This document shows, one piece after another, positions 26,185-32,000 of a DNA stretch of 32,000 nucleotides. The notes beneath the pieces were generated by a model. The model did not search any database, was not told where the DNA came from, and saw only the letters and a program-made list of their open reading frames with translations. The stretch covers positions 5,220,001-5,252,000 of the forward strand of contig NC_010628.1 of NCBI RefSeq assembly GCF_000020025.1. Direction: 5' to 3'. The position numbers and the translations under genes were made by a program. The DNA is from Nostoc punctiforme PCC 73102 (GTDB lineage Bacteria; Cyanobacteriota; Cyanobacteriia; Cyanobacteriales; Nostocaceae). The stretch's first letter is position 1. Each line of letters begins with the position of its first letter.

Positions 26185-26615
26185 AAACTATTATTTTTAA
26201 GCTTTCATTTGATGGGTTGTAGAGACGCAAAGTTTTACATCTCTAGAAAGCTTTGATGTAATTAATAGCTTTCCCCATTAATTCTGATGATTTAGTAGTA
26301 AGCGCTACCCTGTGGGAACATTGCGCGAACATGTGCTTAAAAATCTAGGAATAAAGTCCCGATCAGCCCTTTTAAATCATGAGACAAACCACTAAGTCTA
26401 TTTCTGCCGCAGCAATAGATAATTCCAATATGTCTTCTTGCTGATGCAGATTGAACACCATCAATGCTTTGAAGTTTACAATCACCAAATTCTTTAGCTT
26501 TTAAATTGAGATTTGCCCAAGAAATCAACTTTAAAGGCAAAAGATGAAGTAAGATTCACATCTGAAGCAGTTTCCGTATAATTCCATAGTTACTGATAAA
26601 AAATAGTCCAGTGCG

Positions 26616-28403
26616 ATGATTAATAAATATCCTCAGAATCTTATAGCGTCCCAATTACCACTGAGTATGCTTGTATTACTCAGCAGCATACCTTGTAGTC
26701 AACTGAAAGCTCAGGCTGTTGATACTACACAATTACCAACTAGTACTTTCATTCTTTCACAACAACAACTCCCACCACCACAAGATTTACAACCACCTGT
26801 ACCTTCGCCAGTTCCCTCACCTGAACTGCCTCAGCCACTTCCCCCACCAGCAGAACTATTTCCCCCCTCTGCCCCAACTCCCACACCTGATGAACCACTA
26901 CCTGGTAAGTTTCCTCAAACTATTGTTGTTGAACGGTTTGAAGTTCTTGGTAGCACAGTTTTCAGTCCCGAAGAGTTAGCCCTCGCCACTGCTGAATTTA
27001 CCAAACGACCAATCTCGCTGGCTGAAGTGTATCAAGCACGTTCTAAAATTACCGATCTATACGTCAGAAATGGTTATATTACCTCTGGTGCATACATACC
27101 GCCCCAAACAATCCAATCCGGTGTTGTAAAAATTCAGGTGGTTGAAGGTAAATTAGAAGATATTCAAGTAACTGGAACTCGGCGGTTGAATCCGAATTAT
27201 GTCCGCAGCCGCCTAGCAATAGCTACATCACCGCCTCTGAATCGGCAGCGTCTACTAGAAGCACTACAACTTTTGCAACTGAATCCTTTGATTCAAAACG
27301 TTTCTGCTGAACTCTCTGCAGGATCGCGGACTGGTTCGAGTCTTTTGGAAGTCAAGGTTAGTGAGGCGAAAACCTTTAGTAGCCAGATAGTTCTTGATAA
27401 TGGGCGATCGCCTAGCGTTGGCAGTTTTCGCCGCCGATTACAATTAAATGAAGCCAACTTATTAGGATTGGGGGATTCTCTAGGTGTCGCTTACACTAAT
27501 ACCGATGGTAGCAACTCCCTTGATGCGAACTATACATTACCACTCAATCCCCGCAATGGCACACTGACTTTTAACTATGGCACTACGTCGAGTAATGTTA
27601 TTGAACCTCCTTTCAACGTTTTAGATATCGAATCGGCTTCTCGCTATTACGAAGTAACATTCCGCCAGCCCATAATTCAAACTCCTACGCAAGAATTCGC
27701 CCTTGGGTTGACAGCCTCTCGCCGCGAAAGTGAAGCTTCTTATATCGATATAGAGCGAATACCTTTCCCTGGTTTAGGCGCTGATGATGAGGGACGTACC
27801 AAGGTATCTGCATTCCGATTTTTTCAAGAATGGACGAGTCGTAACAGCCGTGAAGTCATCGCCCTCCGCTCTCAATTTAGTTTGGGTATAGATATCTTGA
27901 GTCCCACGATTAATCAAAATGCTCCCGATAGCCGTTTTTTTGCTTGGCAAGGGCAAGCGCAGTGGGTACGTCTTTTAGCTCCTGAAACCTTAATGTTACT
28001 GCGTTTAAATACGCAACTAGCATCTAGAACACTTCTACCTATAGAGCAATTTGGCTTAGGTGGGCAGGATAGCGTTCGGGGCTACCGCCAAGATTACCTG
28101 CTGACAGATAATGCCACTTTTGTCTCTGCGGAAGTTCAAGTACCAATTCTGCGCTTACCTAAAATAGATAGCACGTTACAGGTTGTTCCCTTTGTAGATT
28201 TTGGTGTTGGTTGGAATAGTTCGGATAGAGAGAATCCCAACCCTAATACTTTAGCTTCTGTTGGTCTGGGGTTGCGTTGGTCACAGAGCGATCGCTTTAC
28301 TGTTCGTCTTGATTGGGGCGTTCCTTTAATATCAGTTGAATCAAATGAGAGAACATTACAAGAAAACGGTCTGTATTTTAGTTTACTGTATAATCCTTTT
28401 TAA
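26616..28403 (+). CDS. ShlB/FhaC/HecB-family (TpsB, Omp85 superfamily) outer-membrane transporter
   Basis: Signal peptide, a Pro-rich linker, POTRA-like text (FEVLGSTVFSPEEL..., VKIQVVEGKLEDIQVTG), the conserved GLGGQDSVRGY barrel motif, and a C-terminal aromatic end (...YNPF). Confidence 0.85.
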   Translation: MINKYPQNLIASQLPLSMLVLLSSIPCSQLKAQAVDTTQLPTSTFILSQQQLPPPQDLQPPVPSPVPSPELPQPLPPPAELFPPSAPTPTPDEPLPGKFPQTIVVERFEVLGSTVFSPEELALATAEFTKRPISLAEVYQARSKITDLYVRNGYITSGAYIPPQTIQSGVVKIQVVEGKLEDIQVTGTRRLNPNYVRSRLAIATSPPLNRQRLLEALQLLQLNPLIQNVSAELSAGSRTGSSLLEVKVSEAKTFSSQIVLDNGRSPSVGSFRRRLQLNEANLLGLGDSLGVAYTNTDGSNSLDANYTLPLNPRNGTLTFNYGTTSSNVIEPPFNVLDIESASRYYEVTFRQPIIQTPTQEFALGLTASRRESEASYIDIERIPFPGLGADDEGRTKVSAFRFFQEWTSRNSREVIALRSQFSLGIDILSPTINQNAPDSRFFAWQGQAQWVRLLAPETLMLLRLNTQLASRTLLPIEQFGLGGQDSVRGYRQDYLLTDNATFVSAEVQVPILRLPKIDSTLQVVPFVDFGVGWNSSDRENPNPNTLASVGLGLRWSQSDRFTVRLDWGVPLISVESNERTLQENGLYFSLLYNPF

Positions 28404-28897
28404 AATTTAGGTGTTAGAAACAGTTTATTCTTCTTACCTCATCTACAATAGGCTTCTGTAACGAGACGCTACGCATAGCTTGCTTCGACCTAGGAGTACA
28501 CTAACGGGGGGTTCCCGCCATTAAAAACTAAAAATCAGACGGTTATTCATATAATTCGGAGTTTCTTTACCACTCAGAATAAAAACCCGTAAATATACTA
28601 TATATTCTATTCAGTGTTTGATTTTATTCTGGGTATCCTAAGAAAGACAAGATTGGGCTGAATAGACGAAGGGACAAAGCTGATAACTTATCTCTGGGAC
28701 TTCCAGTTAAAAATTTCTCAACCAACGATCGTGGTTGTAGGGTGTGTTATCGCGATAAGGTAACGCAACTGTTATCTGTAGGTGGTGACAAATTTTATGA
28801 AGCAAGTTTTGCTAGAAGTTAAGACTTTCAGATCGTATTTCTGGGAGTTGTATTTTTCAGACTAATACAAAAATATATGAGAATTTGAGGAAGAGCC

Positions 28898-31534
28898 ATG
28901 TTAGGAAATGAGCGGGAAAAAATACGCCATCTGTTGGTCATCAAAGACCTGCGAGGGCGGAGAACTGTCCCCCTGCGAGAGGCTACTTATTCTCTGGGGC
29001 GGCATCCTGCAAATACCATTGTCTTGGTTTCCCGGTCAGTATCAATGCAACACGCAATTTTGTTGCGAGTAACTGTTCCAGAGACTGACCAATATGGCTT
29101 CCAAATTATTGATGGCAACTTCAAGGGTAAAGGAAGTACTAATGGCTTATTTATAAATGGTACTAAAGCCTTTTCTCATAATCTTAGAAATGGAGATACC
29201 ATTGACTTTGGCAGTCATCAAGCTCAGGCTAAATATTATGCTATTTCCAACATTTCAGAAGAAGTATTTTCTGAATCTTTTGATGTTGAAGACTTATCTG
29301 GCTTCCTATCAGAGCAAGCCAGTCCTGCAAATCCTTTTCAAACCCTAGCTATCGATCCCAGCTTGGAAGCAGCTAGTGAGTCTGCCTTAGCTCGTCTAGC
29401 ATCTTTCCCTGAACTCATCCCCAATCCAATTGTTGAGATGGATTTTGAGGGAATAGTTACTTATATCAATCCTGCTGCTACTCTCAAGTTTCCCAAACTT
29501 AGGGAAGTTGGCACAGAACACCCAATATTAGCAGGACTCCTGAGTACGGTTAAAAATTTAGAAAAAAATTCTTTTGTGCGGGAGGTGGAAGTAGATACAG
29601 AAGTTTTTGAACAATCCGTTCTCTACCTTCCTCAAAGTGATTTAATTAGAACTTTTATTATTAGGGATATTACAGAGCAAAAACAAGCTACAGCCGAATT
29701 GCGTCAGCGCGATCGCTTGCTGCAAGCAGTTGCAGAAGCCGCTAATTATTTGCTGGGGGAAATGAATTACGAAACTGGTATTGAGCAAGCTTTAGCTATA
29801 CTGGGCGAAGCTGCCAAGGCAGATCGTGCTTATCTTTTTCAGAACCATCCCCATCCTGCTACAGGGGAAATAGCAGTCAGTTTGCGGTTTGAATGGACGC
29901 AATCTTTAATTAAATCTACCCACCACCATTGGCAGAATCAGGTTTATCAAGGTTCTGGATTAGCCCGTTGGTATACTGTTCTCCGTAGCGGCCAGTCAAT
30001 TAGCGGACTCACCCAAAAATTTCCGATCGCCGAACAAGAATTCCTCATTAGAGATGGCATTCAATCCCTTCTTCTGGTTCCTCTCCGCTTGGAGAATGAG
30101 TGCTGGGGCTATCTTGGCTTGGCAGACTGCACCTTTGAGCGTCATTGGTCAAAGCACGAAGAATCTACACTTTTGACAATGGCCGCTAGTATCATTGGTG
30201 CCCGGCAACGTCAGCAAGTAGAAGAAAAGATTCGCTATCAAGCCCTCCATGACATGCTGACAGGCTTGCCCAATCGCCTACTATTTAACGAACTGCTTAG
30301 TAAAACTCTGCCCAATGCCACTCGCAATAGCGAAAGTTTAGCTGTGATCTTTCTCGACTTGGATCGCTTCAAAGTGATTAATGACACCCTGGGGCATACC
30401 TTGGGAGACCAGTTGTTAAAAAACGTCGCTCAAAGATTACAAGATTTACTCAGAGGGGGAGACACTATAGCCCGTTGGGGAGGCGATGAGTTTACTATCT
30501 TACTCCCACGAGTTACTGATATTGAAGAAGTAACGCAAGTGGCGTACAGAATTTTACAAACCTTAGAAGATCCTTTTTATCTCCAAGGGCATGAACTTTA
30601 TGTGACTGCGAGCCTCGGTATTGCGTTGCTTGATAACAACAGTCCTGATGCCGAAACACTAATCCAGCACGCGGATGCCGCTTTATACTATGCCAAAGAC
30701 AAAGGGCGGAATAACTATCAATTTTACAGTGTTTCTCTGAGCGCCAAGAATCCCGAACTTCTGACTTTAGAAAAGAGTTTGCGCTATGCCCTAGAACGTG
30801 AAGAATTTACGGTGTTCTATCAACCTCGTGTGAACATTGGCACAGGAGAAATTACTGGTATGGAGGCTCTGTTGCGTTGGCAGCACCCAGAAATGGGATT
30901 GGTAGCACCCAGTGTCTTCATTCCCCTCGCCGAAGAAAGCGGATTAATTATCGCCATCGGCGAATGGGTGCTACGGACAGCCTGTATGCAAAATAAAACC
31001 TGGCAAGATTCAGGATTGCCACCTATAACTATGGCTGTCAATCTTTCTCTAAAGCAGTTCCGCCAACCCAAATTGGTGGAGATTATAACCAGAGTTTTAG
31101 AGCAAACGGGTCTAGATGCCCACTTTTTAGAATTAGAAATTATGGAAACCACAGCCATTGAGGACTTGGGTTTTACCAGAACGGTGTTAGAGGAGCTAAA
31201 GCAGATGGGTGTTAACATCTCCATTGATGACTTTGGTACGGGTCACTCTTCGCTCTCGCGCCTACAGCTTTTGCCACTCCACAATCTCAAAATAGATCAG
31301 TCTTTCATGAGGGATTTGCAGCCGGATTCCAAAGTAGCTCATATTATTCAGGCCATAGTTACCTTGGGACACAGCTTGGGATTGAAGTTGACAGCCGAAG
31401 GGGTGGAAACAGCAGAGCAATTGGAGTTCTTGAAATCTATCAACTGTGAAGAGGTACAGGGCTATTTCTTCTACCGCCCACTTCCTGAACAGAAAGCAAC
31501 AGAAATCCTCGAGAGTAAACGACCAATCATCTAG
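28898..31534 (+). CDS. FHA-PAS-GAF-GGDEF-EAL multidomain c-di-GMP signalling protein, 878 aa
   Basis: N-terminal FHA text (YSLGRHPANTIVL...STNGLFINGTK...GDTIDFG). An intact GGDEF motif is encoded at 30479-30493 and an EAL motif at 30863-30871, plus DDFGTGHSSL. PAS- and GAF-like regions lie in between. Confidence 0.9.
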   Translation: MLGNEREKIRHLLVIKDLRGRRTVPLREATYSLGRHPANTIVLVSRSVSMQHAILLRVTVPETDQYGFQIIDGNFKGKGSTNGLFINGTKAFSHNLRNGDTIDFGSHQAQAKYYAISNISEEVFSESFDVEDLSGFLSEQASPANPFQTLAIDPSLEAASESALARLASFPELIPNPIVEMDFEGIVTYINPAATLKFPKLREVGTEHPILAGLLSTVKNLEKNSFVREVEVDTEVFEQSVLYLPQSDLIRTFIIRDITEQKQATAELRQRDRLLQAVAEAANYLLGEMNYETGIEQALAILGEAAKADRAYLFQNHPHPATGEIAVSLRFEWTQSLIKSTHHHWQNQVYQGSGLARWYTVLRSGQSISGLTQKFPIAEQEFLIRDGIQSLLLVPLRLENECWGYLGLADCTFERHWSKHEESTLLTMAASIIGARQRQQVEEKIRYQALHDMLTGLPNRLLFNELLSKTLPNATRNSESLAVIFLDLDRFKVINDTLGHTLGDQLLKNVAQRLQDLLRGGDTIARWGGDEFTILLPRVTDIEEVTQVAYRILQTLEDPFYLQGHELYVTASLGIALLDNNSPDAETLIQHADAALYYAKDKGRNNYQFYSVSLSAKNPELLTLEKSLRYALEREEFTVFYQPRVNIGTGEITGMEALLRWQHPEMGLVAPSVFIPLAEESGLIIAIGEWVLRTACMQNKTWQDSGLPPITMAVNLSLKQFRQPKLVEIITRVLEQTGLDAHFLELEIMETTAIEDLGFTRTVLEELKQMGVNISIDDFGTGHSSLSRLQLLPLHNLKIDQSFMRDLQPDSKVAHIIQAIVTLGHSLGLKLTAEGVETAEQLEFLKSINCEEVQGYFFYRPLPEQKATEILESKRPII

Positions 31535-31725
31535 TACAAGGAAAAACTGTTTGTACCAGTAACGATACAATAGCATTCATCATAATTCGTAATCCCTAAT
31601 TGAATAGGGGTTGATACCCCCGTTCCTATAAACAGCTTGTTTTATGTCTGGGGTAAAATTCAGTCACAAAACATAATTACGAATTACGAATTGTTTATTG
31701 TCCTGCTGCCGACTTTTTTCGTCTT

Positions 31726-32000
31726 ATGCTGCCAGTCATTTATTCCGACGAATTTTTAGATCACAAGACTGGAAAATACCATCCCGAAAAACCAGAACGT
31801 TTAACTGCGATCGCAAATGCCCTAAAAGCAGCTACATTCGCAGATAAAATTGACTGGCGATCGCCCACAGCAGTATCAGAACAGCCATTACTGATGTCTA
31901 TGTTGGTTAAAGCTCATAGCCCAGCCTACATCAAAAAACTTTGGCAAATCGCTTCTAGTGGCGGCGGCCCTTTGGATGGAGATACGCCAGTTTCTCCACG
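31726..32000 (+). CDS. Histone deacetylase-like/acetoin-utilisation (AcuC/HDAC class) protein, N-terminal 91 aa (continues beyond window)
   Basis: MLPVIYSDEFLDHKTGKYHPEKPERL...AHSPAYI... is the typical HDAC-family N-terminus. Confidence 0.8.
   Translation, partial: MLPVIYSDEFLDHKTGKYHPEKPERLTAIANALKAATFADKIDWRSPTAVSEQPLLMSMLVKAHSPAYIKKLWQIASSGGGPLDGDTPVSP

Noticed and set aside
26199-26253. Nested hairpin after the SWIM gene as a terminator
   Set aside because: The stems are real (AAGCTTTC/GAAAGCTT and TAGAGA/TCTCTA), but no T-run follows on either strand. It is more likely a dispersed GTAGAG-type hairpin repeat.
26337-26540. 67-aa minus-strand ORF upstream of the TpsB gene (faint pentapeptide-repeat flavour: ANLNLKAKEFGDCKL)
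   Set aside because: It starts with TTG, has no SD and is very short. The resemblance is too weak to call a gene or a cargo remnant. It is kept only as a target for tblastx.
24370-31576. Remaining short ORFs nested in the SWIM, TpsB and FHA-GGDEF-EAL genes (24370-24573, 24793-24996, 26003-26230, 26719-26979, 27774-27956, 29157-29348, 30820-31224, 31262-31576)
   Set aside because: They are antisense or alternative-frame ORFs within long, motif-supported CDSs.
1-32000. tRNA, rRNA, tmRNA, RNase P, CRISPR arrays, intact IS/transposase, toxin-antitoxin or defence operons
   Set aside because: I looked for T-loop (GGTTCGAAT-like) strings, repeat-spacer periodicity and transposase or defence motifs on both strands. 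I found none I could support.

Overview
This window looks like a chromosomal segment of a filamentous, heterocyst-forming cyanobacterium (Nostoc/Anabaena type). The evidence is at least 25 perfect HIP1 palindromes (GCGATCGC, counted by eye), several STRR-like heptamer arrays (GGGGAAT, AATTACG), petM, ycf39 and about 41% GC.

I call about 27 protein-coding genes plus one gene relic, roughly 70% coding. Most are scattered housekeeping genes:
- leuS (3' part), a class-V aminotransferase, nadK, ycf39, petM, pdxA
- an RNase D-like exonuclease, trpB, a SUI1 factor, a Pmp3 proteolipid
- a beta-carbonic anhydrase, trpC, lpdA, and the start of an HDAC-like gene

petM and Pmp3 are below the ORF-track cutoff and were found by reading the sequence.

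Accessory-looking content:
- two orphan OmpR-type response regulators
- a decayed HTH-NACHT (STAND) gene relic
- a Cys-less rhodanese with a repeat tail
- two tandem secreted CAP/SCP paralogs separated by a 415-bp MITE-like element
- an uncharacterised SAM methyltransferase plus a small coiled-coil ORF directly behind trpB
- a SWIM zinc-finger protein, an orphan TpsB (ShlB/FhaC) transporter, and an FHA-PAS-GAF-GGDEF-EAL enzyme

I saw no rRNA, tRNA, CRISPR array, intact transposase or recognisable defence operon. I cannot point to a clear multi-gene novel system.

The best leads are:
- the 1.65-kb ORF-free spacer (1028-2682) with an orphan minus-strand terminator
- the trpB-methyltransferase-small ORF unit
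- the SWIM / orphan TpsB / FHA c-di-GMP neighbourhood
- the CAP paralogs with the MITE

All family assignments rest on motif recognition from the translations; no database search was possible.
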